Shown: positions 7,309 to 17,452, counted from the first letter of the stretch. The stretch: 64,000 nucleotides of DNA from Chitinophagales bacterium (GCA_038326325.1 JBBQJW010000010.1:65187-129186); one strand, 5' to 3'. Notes: a model not told the origin generated them from the sequence alone. Made by a program: numbers and translations.

Positions 7309-10071
7309 ATGGTAACAGGTTTACTTTTTATTGCATTAGTTATATGGTTTTTTGAATCAAGGAGCCAACGAACGCGTCTTAATATTTTAGAAGATGCTGT
7401 AAGAAAACTTAACCAGAGGATTAAAGAATTTACTCTGCCAAAAGAAGAATCTAATTATAAGGAAACACCAAAGAAAGAAACGAACCCCTCTCCTATTGCT
7501 AAAAAAATTATTCCTGAAATTAAGGAAGTAACCATTGATGAAATAAATAAAGTTAAAGCTGGCGTCGAAAACATCTTCACCAAACCTACTGAGAGTGTAA
7601 CATTCGAAAATATTATTGAGAATAAAGAAATAACTCCTCCGAAAAAATCAAGAACCTATGCGGAGTGGGAATCGCTGATAGGAGGGAAAATTTTAAACCG
7701 GATTGGTGCGCTTGCGCTCATTATAGGAATGGGTTTTTTTCTAAAATATGCTTTCGACAATAACTGGATAACAGAAGCAATGCGTGTGGCAATCGGAATC
7801 GGAACAGGAGCAATATTGCTGTTTAGTGGACATTATTATTCGAAAAAAAGTTTTCAGATCTTTTCGCAGGGACTTGTTGGTGCAGGTATAGCCATACTTT
7901 ACCTGTCTGCTTATTCATCATTCAATTATTATCATCTCGTAAGTCAATCAGTCGCCATTGGAATCATGTCGGTTGTTACAGCTGTTACTTTCTGGCAGGC
8001 ATTCAAGTACAATTCAATTGTGATTGCCATCTTTGGATGGCTCGGTGGTTTTATTACTCCATTCTTGGTGAGTACAGGAAATGCAAATGAAGCAGGGCTA
8101 TTCACCTACATAGCTTTGCTGGATGTTGGTTTATTATTTATAATTCTTAAAAAAGAAAAATGGAATGTACTGGAACCGCTAACTCTTGCAGCAACCATTG
8201 TTGTTTACCTCTTGTGGTTCTACATTGACTACAGTGAGAACAAACTTTTACTTACAGTCTTTTTTCTTTGCATCTTCTGGTTACTATTTCTTGGGGTTGA
8301 GTTAACAAGAATTATTAATAAGGAAAGAAACATTTTGCTGTTACATCAGTTTGTTTCAGTCGTAAATGCCTCTTTCTTTTTTATCGCACTATTCAATATT
8401 GTTGATTCGCAATTTCATGAATGGATGGGAGCTGTTACAGTTGTTATAGCAACAATTTACCTGCTCGTTTATCTTTTGATAAAACAAAAAAGAGCAGGAG
8501 AAGAATGGTTACTGATTCGCTACCTACTTTCTGTCATTTTATTATTGACAATCGCTGCAGGTATTCAGTATAAAAATTTCGATCTGAGTATTGCCTGGGC
8601 CATTGAATCTATTGCGCTTGCTGCAGTTGCTGCCAGGTATAAAAATTTAATAATAGTTTATTCAGCATTGGTGCTTCTTGCATTGTCGTTCCTGAATTTT
8701 ATTATATCTCCTAATGCATTTTACATGTCGCCACAGGTTTTTCATTTCATTTTAAATTGGAGATTGGTTTCATTAATCACAATGATGAGCGCTTCAATTG
8801 CTTCTTATTATTTGCTATCGCGGGTTCAGAATAAATATTCTTCCTTCATAAATTCAGGACTTATTTATTCATGGATTTTATTTTTTTTCATTCTGCTAAG
8901 TATTGAAACAAAGGATAAATTTTTACAACTTGCTTTCTTCTCAGATAATTCACACAACAGATTTTACCTGTATATTTTATTATTTGTTTTAGGAATATTA
9001 TGGATGCTGTTTGCAGTTCCACTGATGTATTTCGGATTAAAGAAAAAAATTCATCCGTTATTCTTCAGTGGATTATCCGTTTCTGCACTTTCAGTTCTTA
9101 TCATTTCACTGAGAAGTTTACTTCCGGCTGATCCAATGGCATTGTATTATCCAATAGTTAATCTGCGGGTATTATCACTTTCAGTAATTATAACAGGGCT
9201 TTTCATCCAGTTAAGATGGATGAATAAAGAAATTCTTTTCCCTTGGTTTAACGAATTGATGGGCGGCATTAGGGTAACAATAGCAGCAGTAATTTTAATT
9301 CTGATAACTGTTGAAACGCGCGATGTATTTACAATGCTTGGTTCTGATGTAAATGAAGTATGGCGCAGATTTTTTTCAAACAACCTTGTATTTATGTTAA
9401 GTATTGAATGGATACTACTTGCAATTCCTGTTTTATATATAGCGATAAAGAAAAACAGAAACGAGTTATTTTTTACCGGGTTGACTGTTACAGGTGCAGC
9501 AATTCTTACTGTAATGGTTAGCGATTTCGTTTCTTACAATCCGATTGAATTGTTTTATCCTCTTTTAAATATGAGAGCAGTGTCATTGATTATAATTTCC
9601 TCTTGCATTTTTATTCAGACACGCATGATAGAGAAAATAAATTATTATCCGTGGATTCACATTCTTTTAAATAGCATGCGTGTGACACTTGTCACCCTGA
9701 TTTTTATTTTCATCACCACAGACACGATGGATTTTTTCGAGAAAAAAATATTTCTTGTTTCGAACATTCATAACTCTGCAATTTCTGTACTAATTAATAA
9801 CTATCGCAATCAGCAACAACTTTCAATATCTGGAATCTGGTTGCTTTATTCAGTAATCATAATGGTAATTGGAATTTACAGAAGCAGATTTAATGTTCGA
9901 ATTGCTTCCATTATTGTGTTTGGTATTACAATCGTCAAGGTTTTCTTTTTCGACCTTTCCAATTTAGATACTCTTCATCGTATCATTTCATTCATGGCAT
10001 TAGGAGTAATACTGATTTTCGTTTCGTTCCTTTACCAGAGATTCAAGCATTTAATTTTTAAAGCAACCTGA
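7309..10071 (+). CDS. DUF2339-like very large polytopic membrane protein
   Basis: 920 aa. A short N-terminal TM helix and coiled-coil segment is followed by more than 20 hydrophobic helices in repeated blocks. This architecture is typical of DUF2339. Confidence 0.75.
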   Translation: MVTGLLFIALVIWFFESRSQRTRLNILEDAVRKLNQRIKEFTLPKEESNYKETPKKETNPSPIAKKIIPEIKEVTIDEINKVKAGVENIFTKPTESVTFENIIENKEITPPKKSRTYAEWESLIGGKILNRIGALALIIGMGFFLKYAFDNNWITEAMRVAIGIGTGAILLFSGHYYSKKSFQIFSQGLVGAGIAILYLSAYSSFNYYHLVSQSVAIGIMSVVTAVTFWQAFKYNSIVIAIFGWLGGFITPFLVSTGNANEAGLFTYIALLDVGLLFIILKKEKWNVLEPLTLAATIVVYLLWFYIDYSENKLLLTVFFLCIFWLLFLGVELTRIINKERNILLLHQFVSVVNASFFFIALFNIVDSQFHEWMGAVTVVIATIYLLVYLLIKQKRAGEEWLLIRYLLSVILLLTIAAGIQYKNFDLSIAWAIESIALAAVAARYKNLIIVYSALVLLALSFLNFIISPNAFYMSPQVFHFILNWRLVSLITMMSASIASYYLLSRVQNKYSSFINSGLIYSWILFFFILLSIETKDKFLQLAFFSDNSHNRFYLYILLFVLGILWMLFAVPLMYFGLKKKIHPLFFSGLSVSALSVLIISLRSLLPADPMALYYPIVNLRVLSLSVIITGLFIQLRWMNKEILFPWFNELMGGIRVTIAAVILILITVETRDVFTMLGSDVNEVWRRFFSNNLVFMLSIEWILLAIPVLYIAIKKNRNELFFTGLTVTGAAILTVMVSDFVSYNPIELFYPLLNMRAVSLIIISSCIFIQTRMIEKINYYPWIHILLNSMRVTLVTLIFIFITTDTMDFFEKKIFLVSNIHNSAISVLINNYRNQQQLSISGIWLLYSVIIMVIGIYRSRFNVRIASIIVFGITIVKVFFFDLSNLDTLHRIISFMALGVILIFVSFLYQRFKHLIFKAT

Positions 10072-10147
10072 TTAAAATAGAATCATTGAATTATTTATTA
10101 AATCAACTTTAGTTCATTTTCAAAAATGTCAAATTGAAATTTGTTTT

Positions 10148-11272
10148 TTAAAATTTTGATGCCGCCTGATATTTCATTTTCCCATCAAGCACAAGAACTA
10201 CTTCTTTCCTTAAATCGTCGAGTGGAATAATATCGTCATTCCATCCATACGGATAAGTGTAATGCATACCTGCACTTTTATCCTTTTCGCACAACAGATA
10301 TTTCGGACCGTCAGGCAATTTAATTGTTTGTTCAACTAAAAATGTCCGTTCAACTTTATTGCCTTCTTTATTAAGAAGATAAATTTTGTAAAAAATATCC
10401 AGCGACTCCTTTGGATCAACGAGATATTTATAAACAGTCGCTTTTTGTCCATTCCAATCAAATTCGTCTATCGCAACATTTTTGAAATTCATAATGTCCT
10501 CTGAAAGTTCTTTGTTCTTATAAGCAACTTTCATTAACGCAAAAATGCTATCTGCTTTTTCAAAATCATTTTCAGCATTATAAGCTTTCATTAACTTCGG
10601 ATACAGAATATAATTTTTAGGATCAAGAGCAATTGCCCGGGAATATGCCTTCGCAGATTTTTTATAATCAAAAGTAAAAGTGTATTCAAGTTGTCCGATG
10701 GCAACTAATACATCTTCATAATAACTATTATCCGATGACATACTATCCAGTGCTTCGTAATACAATATCAATGCTTTTTTGTAATCCTGTCTATCATGAT
10801 AAATTGCTGCAACCCAGAAGTAAGGCTCCGGATAAGTCTTAGGAAGTTTTTTCGCCTGCTCAAAAACTTCTAATGCTTTGTCAATTTCTCCTTCGTTGTA
10901 ATAAATCACTCCTTTCTCGTTCATAAATTCCTGATTAGCGGGTTCCATTTTAATTGCAATTTCAATTTCTATTATTGCCTCATTATACCTTTTCTCGTAA
11001 CGGAGTGAAAGTCCTTTATAAAAATGAACAGAACCATCATTCAATCCTTTGGAGATCGCCTTATCGTAAAACTCAATGGCCTTATCATCATTTTCAAGTT
11101 GGAAATAAGCATACCCTACCATGTAAAGTTGTTCGCCTGTTAATTCGTCAGACTTGCTATCGTATTTTATTAGTTCATGATAATTTCTTGAATTGTAGAA
11201 TTCCTCAAGAGTCTGACTATAAGTCAAAGAATAAATTAAAATTGTTAGTAGAGTTAAAATAATTCTCATCAT
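10148..11272 (-). CDS. Secreted TPR-repeat protein
   Basis: Signal peptide MMRIILTLLTILIYSLTYSQ. It contains several TPR-like A..Y..A...P repeats (AIEFYDKAI, AIIEIEIAIKMEP, AKAYSRAIALDP). Confidence 0.75.
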   Translation of the reverse strand: MMRIILTLLTILIYSLTYSQTLEEFYNSRNYHELIKYDSKSDELTGEQLYMVGYAYFQLENDDKAIEFYDKAISKGLNDGSVHFYKGLSLRYEKRYNEAIIEIEIAIKMEPANQEFMNEKGVIYYNEGEIDKALEVFEQAKKLPKTYPEPYFWVAAIYHDRQDYKKALILYYEALDSMSSDNSYYEDVLVAIGQLEYTFTFDYKKSAKAYSRAIALDPKNYILYPKLMKAYNAENDFEKADSIFALMKVAYKNKELSEDIMNFKNVAIDEFDWNGQKATVYKYLVDPKESLDIFYKIYLLNKEGNKVERTFLVEQTIKLPDGPKYLLCEKDKSAGMHYTYPYGWNDDIIPLDDLRKEVVLVLDGKMKYQAASKF

Positions 11273-11398
11273 GTTATTTAGTTATTGTGTTCTTCCGTTT
11301 ATCATTTAATCAAATAAAAATAAATTTTATTTCAGCAATCAGGAATTTTTTGATGAACGGATTGTCCATAAACTGCTTAAATGCAAAGGGAATAACTG

Positions 11399-11821
11399 TT
11401 ACAGTCTGTTAAATTTAGATGCGAAGAAAATCATTAAGAAAACAATACTGAGGTATATCCAGAACATAGTAAATGCTATGTGAACCATTGTTTCAAAGAA
11501 TTTTCCTTTCCAGAGCTGTGTTGAGTACCCGAACAGTTGAATAAAAAAACGGATGTTCCAGAAAACGGCAAGCCCCAGTATTATTCTGTTTCCTAAAACT
11601 GTTCGTATCAATTCAGTTGAAGATGTGAGACAGAGTATTCCCATCAAAAAAACAGTAAGTGCAATAAAAAAGGAATGCACCTTCATCATTTGTCTATTCA
11701 TAATGCTCAAAGAACTCAATTCACTTTTCCATTTAAAGTATCTCGGAAAGATGATATGAATGAGTGCAAGTATGACCAGGAGCCATCCGCATATTTTAAG
11801 ATGTAGTTCCATATTTTTCAA
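11399..11821 (-). CDS. Small 4-TM membrane protein, unknown function
   Basis: 140 aa with four hydrophobic segments. It overlaps the upstream gene by 26 nt, which suggests co-translation. Confidence 0.55.
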   Translation of the reverse strand: MKNMELHLKICGWLLVILALIHIIFPRYFKWKSELSSLSIMNRQMMKVHSFFIALTVFLMGILCLTSSTELIRTVLGNRIILGLAVFWNIRFFIQLFGYSTQLWKGKFFETMVHIAFTMFWIYLSIVFLMIFFASKFNRL

Positions 11822-12560
11822 GTATAAAAGTTTTAATGAAAGATGTTACACTAATCGTTTTAACAATTTTAAAATGAGCAGTTTCAAAAATTTTCTTCCA
11901 CGACGATTCAGAGAAAAAATGAAAAGCACCAATGTTATAAGCAAAAAAATTCGGAAGATTTCTTAAATGTTCAGTCACTATTATTTGACCTTTTTGATTG
12001 AGCATTCGTTCAAGCTCCTTAAAAAAAATAATTCGTTCAGATTCATTTCTGATTTCGTGTGCAGACAGAATTACAAAAATCTTATCGGCATAATTATCAT
12101 CCAATGGAATTGCTGATGTACTTACTTGTATAGTATTGGGAAACGGAGGATATGCCTTTCTCGCACGACTGATAGAAACTTCAGTGTGCTTTAACGGATT
12201 GTAAAAATCAAAAACAATTAATTCAGAGTCCGGGAATTTCTCTTTCAGTAAAATGCTTGTTTCATCAAAACCTGAATTAATATTTACAATTTTGTTATTG
12301 TTCTCATTTAACAATTCGCTTAACCAATTCAATTTATATAATCCGGATAAATCATAAACATAAAATGAAACAAGAAGCGTAATTACAGTTGTCAAAAGAA
12401 TTAAACTTAATAAAATACTGAAATAAATATGGAATGGTTCATTAAAATAATTTTTCAGAAACAAAAGGAAAAAAGCAAGTGTAACAGACAACAAATAAAA
12501 ATGCCAATTAAACCTGATGATATTTCCAACTCCCTGAAAAGGTTTTCTTATGCTTTCCAT
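11796..12560 (-). CDS. Membrane-anchored class I SAM-dependent methyltransferase-like protein
   Basis: Two N-terminal TM helices are followed by a Rossmann-like region (VNINSGFDETS ... LIVFDFYNP ... ADKIFVILSAHEI ... LNQKGQIIVTEH) that fits Methyltransf_11/25 topology. Confidence 0.6.
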   Translation of the reverse strand: MESIRKPFQGVGNIIRFNWHFYLLSVTLAFFLLFLKNYFNEPFHIYFSILLSLILLTTVITLLVSFYVYDLSGLYKLNWLSELLNENNNKIVNINSGFDETSILLKEKFPDSELIVFDFYNPLKHTEVSISRARKAYPPFPNTIQVSTSAIPLDDNYADKIFVILSAHEIRNESERIIFFKELERMLNQKGQIIVTEHLRNLPNFFAYNIGAFHFFSESSWKKIFETAHFKIVKTISVTSFIKTFILEKYGTTS

Positions 12561-13288
12561 TTCTCAATTTTTCCTTTCTTCCAGTAATAAGGAATATTGT
12601 TTGTGATAAACGCATTCGCTAAAGTCACATCTTTAAGTTTAAGAGAATCTAAAAATGATATTTGATAATCATTAACCTTTAAAGGAGCAGGTATCCAGTT
12701 TTCCCTCACTCCTTCAATGATTAAAACTTCCTTTTTCATGGAATTGAATGTAAAAGTAAATGGTAATGGTCCTGCAAATTTTCTTGCTTCTTTCCAATCA
12801 ATGAATGGAGAATTTTCAGGAAGAGAAATTGATTCTGTTTGAGTTTCAATTTCAATTTTTAATCCTGACTTAACTGAGGTTATCCTTAATTTATTTTCGT
12901 TCCCGATTTTTTTAATATCAGTAGTAGTATAGTTATAGTGTGTAAATATGTTTCCGAGTAATTCCATTTTTTTCTTGTCAGTTTCAGATTTAAGAATGAA
13001 TAACCCACGGAGTCTTTTTCCTTCAGCATTGACATACTTCACAAAGACGCGATACCCAATTAAGAAAAAATCATTGCCTAGTAATTTGGGAAAACCTTTT
13101 GGCCTTAGTCCTTTTGTTTGAACCATCGCAACAGCAATGAAAGCCCAGCGCTCGTTTAAAGTATCCAACTTTAAACATTCCGGAATCAGTTTTTCTATTT
13201 CCTCTTTAGGAACTGCAAATGTTAAAACAATTGAACTTTCAAAAAATGCTTCAACTGCAAAGGGATGATTTTTCAGAAATGAAAACAT
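12548..13288 (-). CDS. DUF2071 (YqjF-like) family protein
   Basis: The stretch HPFAVEAFFESSIVLTFAVPKEEIEKLIP..L.LD......AFIAVAMVQ resembles DUF2071. I moved the start to the Met at 13288 (MFSFLKNHPF), which abuts the stop of the upstream gene. The track ORF starts at 13330. Confidence 0.65.
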   Translation of the reverse strand: MFSFLKNHPFAVEAFFESSIVLTFAVPKEEIEKLIPECLKLDTLNERWAFIAVAMVQTKGLRPKGFPKLLGNDFFLIGYRVFVKYVNAEGKRLRGLFILKSETDKKKMELLGNIFTHYNYTTTDIKKIGNENKLRITSVKSGLKIEIETQTESISLPENSPFIDWKEARKFAGPLPFTFTFNSMKKEVLIIEGVRENWIPAPLKVNDYQISFLDSLKLKDVTLANAFITNNIPYYWKKGKIEKWKA

Positions 13289-13289
13289 T

Positions 13290-13679
13290 CTATGAATGTT
13301 GAATTGATCGCTTGTTGATGATAAACTCATTACAATATATCAAAAGAATAAACAGCATCGCAAATACCGAATTGAATTTTCCCCAAAGCAATAAATCAGG
13401 GGCAAGGAAAAATTCAAGAGTGTTCATTGAAGCAATAATCACCATTTGTGTTACACTATTGAAACGAGATTTAATACCACTGATAACCCATACCGCAATT
13501 AGTATTTCAGAAATACCAATTGCTCTCGTAAAAAGTGTCGCATATTCTTCACCTAAAATTCTTGCAACAATTTGCTCGTGTCGCGGAACAAGATTCAACA
13601 CTTTACAAAAAAGTCCGTTCGCAATCCAAACCATTGCAATGAGATAATTAAGAATTTTATAAATAGTATTTGCTTTCAT
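13290..13679 (-). CDS. DoxX-like family small membrane protein
   Basis: 129 aa with 4 TM helices. The N-terminal YKILNYLIAMVWIANGLFCKVLNLVPRHEQIV is typical of the DoxX-like (DoxX_2) family. Confidence 0.65.
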   Translation of the reverse strand: MKANTIYKILNYLIAMVWIANGLFCKVLNLVPRHEQIVARILGEEYATLFTRAIGISEILIAVWVISGIKSRFNSVTQMVIIASMNTLEFFLAPDLLLWGKFNSVFAMLFILLIYCNEFIINKRSIQHS

Positions 13680-13851
13680 TTTTACTTTATCAATATGAAA
13701 GAAGTCAGTTTGCCCTTTTGTGTTTTGTTTAACAATGTAATTCTTAGTTCAAACATACTACTGGGTTCCAAATGCTGCCGTATAAAACACACCCACACAC
13801 GAAAAACATACACTTCTCGTTATTTTCACATAACCAAATTAAAAACATTGT

Positions 13852-16209
13852 ATGAAAGCGACATTAATGTTCCTGCACAGGAACGCAAAGTGCTCTTCTT
13901 TTTTTCTTTTTCTGCTGTTCACAAATTCGTTTTTGCTTAAGGCGCAAAATGGGGAGGATGCAGATGACAAAACTCTTTCACCTTACTTTGTCGTACTCAG
14001 CGAGCATCCTGGAACCGACAATCTTCCGCTGAAAGAAACTTCGGCAAGTGTAAATATTGTTGGAGTGATTGCAGATGTAACAGTGAAGCAGGTGTATATC
14101 AATTCAGGATTAAACACACTCGAAGCCATTTATACTTTTCCGCTTTCGACAAGGGCTGCAGTGTATGGGATGCAGATGAAGATCGGCTCGCGCACCGTTA
14201 CAGCAAAAATTGAAGAGAAGAAAAAAGCGCGCGATGATTATGAAAAAGCGAAGACGGAGGGCAAGCGCACTTCACTGCTGGAGCAAAGTCGTCCCAATGT
14301 GTTTACGATGAATGTCGGCAACATTGCAGCGAACGACACCATAACGGTTGAACTGAAATACACCGAACTGCTCATTCCTGAAAAGGGAATTTATTCTTTT
14401 GTTTATCCAACTGTTGTAGGTCCGCGGTATTCGAACAAGTCAAAAGAAACAGCAAGCGCCGACGACAATTTTGTGAGCACTCCTTACACCAAGGAAGGTG
14501 TGATGCCCGCTTACCGGTATGGAATTAATGTTCAGATTCATTCGGGTATACCGGTACAGAATGTGGTTTGCATCACTCATAAAACTGTGGTTGCCTATAC
14601 TGATTTATATAACGCAACTGTGATGATAGACCCTGCCGAAACCAACGGCGGAAACAGGGATGTGATTATTAACTATTCGCTTCAGGGAGATAAAATAGAA
14701 TCGGGTGTGATGCTCTACGAAAACGGAGACGAAAATTTTTTCATGGTGATGATTCAGCCACCGAAAAAAGTGTTGAAAGAAGAAATTCCTCCGAGAGAAT
14801 ATATTTTCATTGTAGATGTGTCGGGTTCAATGCACGGATTTCCGATTGACCTCTCTAAAAAATTATTGCGGAATCTTATTCTTAACCTGAACCCAAACGA
14901 TAAATTTAATGTGCTGCTTTTCTCAGGTGCTACTGCTACCATGAGTCCTTCATCGGTGGATGCGACAATTGAAAATTTCAATAAGGCAGTTGCATTTCTT
15001 GATGCTGAAAGAGGATATGGCGGAACAGAATTGCTTCCGGCAATGCAGGTGGCGTATGCACTTCCGCGCACTGACCCCGACCTCTCGCGGTCGTTTGTGA
15101 TTGTGACAGACGGATATGTTTCCATTGAAAAAGAAACTTTCGATTACATACGCAACAACACTGGCAATACTAATTTTTTCAGCTTCGGAATTGGTAGCTC
15201 AGTGAACCGATACCTGATGGAAGGCATGGCATTCATGGGTGGTGGTGAAGCAATGATTGTGACCAAGCCGGAATTTGCTGATGAACAGGCGGAGAAATTC
15301 AGAAACTACATTAACACGCCTGTACTCACTCAGATAAAAACAGACTTCGGAAATTTTTCTGCTTATGATGTGCAGCCTTCTTCGTCGCCCGACATGCTTG
15401 CGGAGCGCCCGATAATTATTTTCGGAAAGTACACCGGAAGCCCGACAGGAATTATTACTGTAAAAGGTAAAGCAGGAAGAAATACTTACAAGCAATCGTT
15501 CGACCTATCGCAGGTGAAACCGCTTAAAACAAATTCAGCACTCCGTTATTTATGGGCGAGAGAAAAAATTAAATTGCTCGATTATTATGATTCGGATAAC
15601 GGATACAGTAATAGCGGAGATAAATCAGAAGGAGAAATATTAGCACTCGGATTAAAATACAACCTGATGACCAACTACACTTCTTTCATTGCAATTGATG
15701 AAGAAGTTATTCGCGACAAGGATGGAAAATTAGTGACTGTTACACAGGCAAATCCGTTACCTGAAGGTGTATCAGATTATGCAGTTGGGTTTGATATGAC
15801 TGTAAGCGGAAACAGTTTGGGGTCGATAAATGCCAATGGTTCTTCTATCTATAATTATTCTGTAACAACGGAAAATGAAATTACCACCGAGGATTCATCT
15901 TATCTGTTTGCTGAAGCAATGCCAATATTTCCGGGTGGAGAAGATTCACTTGCTGCCTTCATACAAAGAAATATTATATATCCGTCATGTGAAAAAGACA
16001 AAGGTGTTACAGGAGTAGTGTATGTTTCTTTCTTTGTGGAAACTGACGGAAGCATTTCGGATGTGAAACTGATGAAAGGAATAAGTAATGCACTGAATGA
16101 GGAAGCGCTGCGCGTCGTGAAGAAAATGCCAAAGTGGATTCCGGGAACACTGAATGGAAATGCTCAAAGAGTGCAGATGACATTGCCTGTTAAATTCAAG
16201 TTGAAATAG
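13852..16209 (+). CDS. Secreted VIT domain + von Willebrand A domain protein with a C-terminal TonB_C-like domain
   Basis: It has a signal peptide and a VIT-like N-terminus (LPLKETSASVNIVGVIADVTVKQVY...FPLS). The vWA MIDAS motif is FIVDVSGSM. The C-terminus AMPIFPGGEDSLAAFIQRNIIYP...GVVYVSFFVETDGSISDVKLMKG...EEALRVVKKMPKWIPG matches the TonB C-terminal fold pattern. Confidence 0.85.
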   Translation: MKATLMFLHRNAKCSSFFLFLLFTNSFLLKAQNGEDADDKTLSPYFVVLSEHPGTDNLPLKETSASVNIVGVIADVTVKQVYINSGLNTLEAIYTFPLSTRAAVYGMQMKIGSRTVTAKIEEKKKARDDYEKAKTEGKRTSLLEQSRPNVFTMNVGNIAANDTITVELKYTELLIPEKGIYSFVYPTVVGPRYSNKSKETASADDNFVSTPYTKEGVMPAYRYGINVQIHSGIPVQNVVCITHKTVVAYTDLYNATVMIDPAETNGGNRDVIINYSLQGDKIESGVMLYENGDENFFMVMIQPPKKVLKEEIPPREYIFIVDVSGSMHGFPIDLSKKLLRNLILNLNPNDKFNVLLFSGATATMSPSSVDATIENFNKAVAFLDAERGYGGTELLPAMQVAYALPRTDPDLSRSFVIVTDGYVSIEKETFDYIRNNTGNTNFFSFGIGSSVNRYLMEGMAFMGGGEAMIVTKPEFADEQAEKFRNYINTPVLTQIKTDFGNFSAYDVQPSSSPDMLAERPIIIFGKYTGSPTGIITVKGKAGRNTYKQSFDLSQVKPLKTNSALRYLWAREKIKLLDYYDSDNGYSNSGDKSEGEILALGLKYNLMTNYTSFIAIDEEVIRDKDGKLVTVTQANPLPEGVSDYAVGFDMTVSGNSLGSINANGSSIYNYSVTTENEITTEDSSYLFAEAMPIFPGGEDSLAAFIQRNIIYPSCEKDKGVTGVVYVSFFVETDGSISDVKLMKGISNALNEEALRVVKKMPKWIPGTLNGNAQRVQMTLPVKFKLK

Positions 16210-16258
16210 GGTTAGTGAATTGTCAAGAGTGAATTCTTCGACCGGCTCAGAATGACAA

Positions 16259-17452
16259 ATGGTGAATAGAAAAAAAATCTTCTTCCGGTTTTTTAGTGCG
16301 ATTATTCTCTGTATGATTTTTTGTTCGTGCTGCGAAAACAAAACAAACGAAAAATCTGTTACAGTAATTCCGCTCACTCAAACGGATACCATTGCGCGAA
16401 CGAGCATCACATTTATTCTTGGCAAAGACGACAACACACGAAACCCGTATTACGCACTGGCTAATCAGTATTATCGTCTGAGCGAAACGGAGAAAACAGA
16501 GATAGTGATTGATTCACTCATTTCACTCACCGAGGTTCGCAATTATCTCGCTGTGCACCGTCCGGTAAATAAGCGTCCGTGGGGATTGATAAACTTAGTG
16601 ACACACGGAAACGAATTCGTTGACCTGAGTGTGTATGTTTCGCCTACGGGTTCGCGTGTGTCGGAAGAAAGTTTGCAAAAAGCAATTGACGATTCTGTTT
16701 TTCTGCCACTTGATTCTTTAACGATTGATGATAAAACACTTTTCAATTTACATGGATGTGCAGTTGGGAATAATACACGGTTGCTGAATCTGCTTGGCGT
16801 TGCGTTTGGCGGGGGTCCCACTCCCGCGCTTGTGAAGGCATCACGGATGTTTGAATATTATGCTTACCTCTCGCCGAATAAAAATCCGCAGAGCATAAGG
16901 CATTACTACGCGCGGGTGTGGTACGGATATTACAAAGTTGATTCGCTGCCCGACGAACAGATTTTAACGGCGCAACTGAAAAACAAATATCCAAACGACT
17001 CGGTTGATTGGGTACAAGCACTGCGCAGGCAATATCCTTCAGACCCTTCACAGGTGTATCACATGAACCTGCACATACCAGTGGTATGGGAAGATTTTTA
17101 CGAAAGCAAAAATGAGATGCCTGACCTGCGCACCAAAGCAAAGCAGGACAAATGGGTGGATGATAAAACGGAATTTCTTGCGCTGCTCTCCAAAACGGCA
17201 ATACCCCGCGAATATTTCCGCATTAAATTTTACACTCTCACCTACAGCCGCGACTCCGGTATCATTTATTCCGGTAAGGTAAAAGGTATGGCAGGCATCA
17301 TCTGCATCATAAAACCAGAAGTGAAAGCCGTCGATGTACAGGGCATAAAACACCTCCCTTACATTCCTGCCGATAACGACAATCAGTTTTTCAGTTACTC
17401 CGTTACGAGACAAAATGAAAGTAATGGGTTGATGAGAATTTTACCATTATAA
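16259..17452 (+). CDS. Lipoprotein of unknown function with a THGN...LHGCAVGN motif pair
   Basis: The lipoprotein-like signal MIFCSCC is present. The gene starts 50 nt after the VIT-vWA gene on the same strand and shares its elevated GC. I recognise no family with confidence. Confidence 0.65.
   Translation: MVNRKKIFFRFFSAIILCMIFCSCCENKTNEKSVTVIPLTQTDTIARTSITFILGKDDNTRNPYYALANQYYRLSETEKTEIVIDSLISLTEVRNYLAVHRPVNKRPWGLINLVTHGNEFVDLSVYVSPTGSRVSEESLQKAIDDSVFLPLDSLTIDDKTLFNLHGCAVGNNTRLLNLLGVAFGGGPTPALVKASRMFEYYAYLSPNKNPQSIRHYYARVWYGYYKVDSLPDEQILTAQLKNKYPNDSVDWVQALRRQYPSDPSQVYHMNLHIPVVWEDFYESKNEMPDLRTKAKQDKWVDDKTEFLALLSKTAIPREYFRIKFYTLTYSRDSGIIYSGKVKGMAGIICIIKPEVKAVDVQGIKHLPYIPADNDNQFFSYSVTRQNESNGLMRILPL

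Noticed and set aside
14754-17413. Long antisense ORFs in the track (14754-15125, 15199-15495, 15985-16377, 16543-16821, 16743-17201, 17048-17413).
   Set aside because: They lie entirely inside, or mostly inside, the strongly supported VIT-vWA and lipoprotein genes on the opposite strand. They have Arg/Ser/Cys-rich, non-protein-like composition. They are shadow ORFs produced by the locally higher GC.
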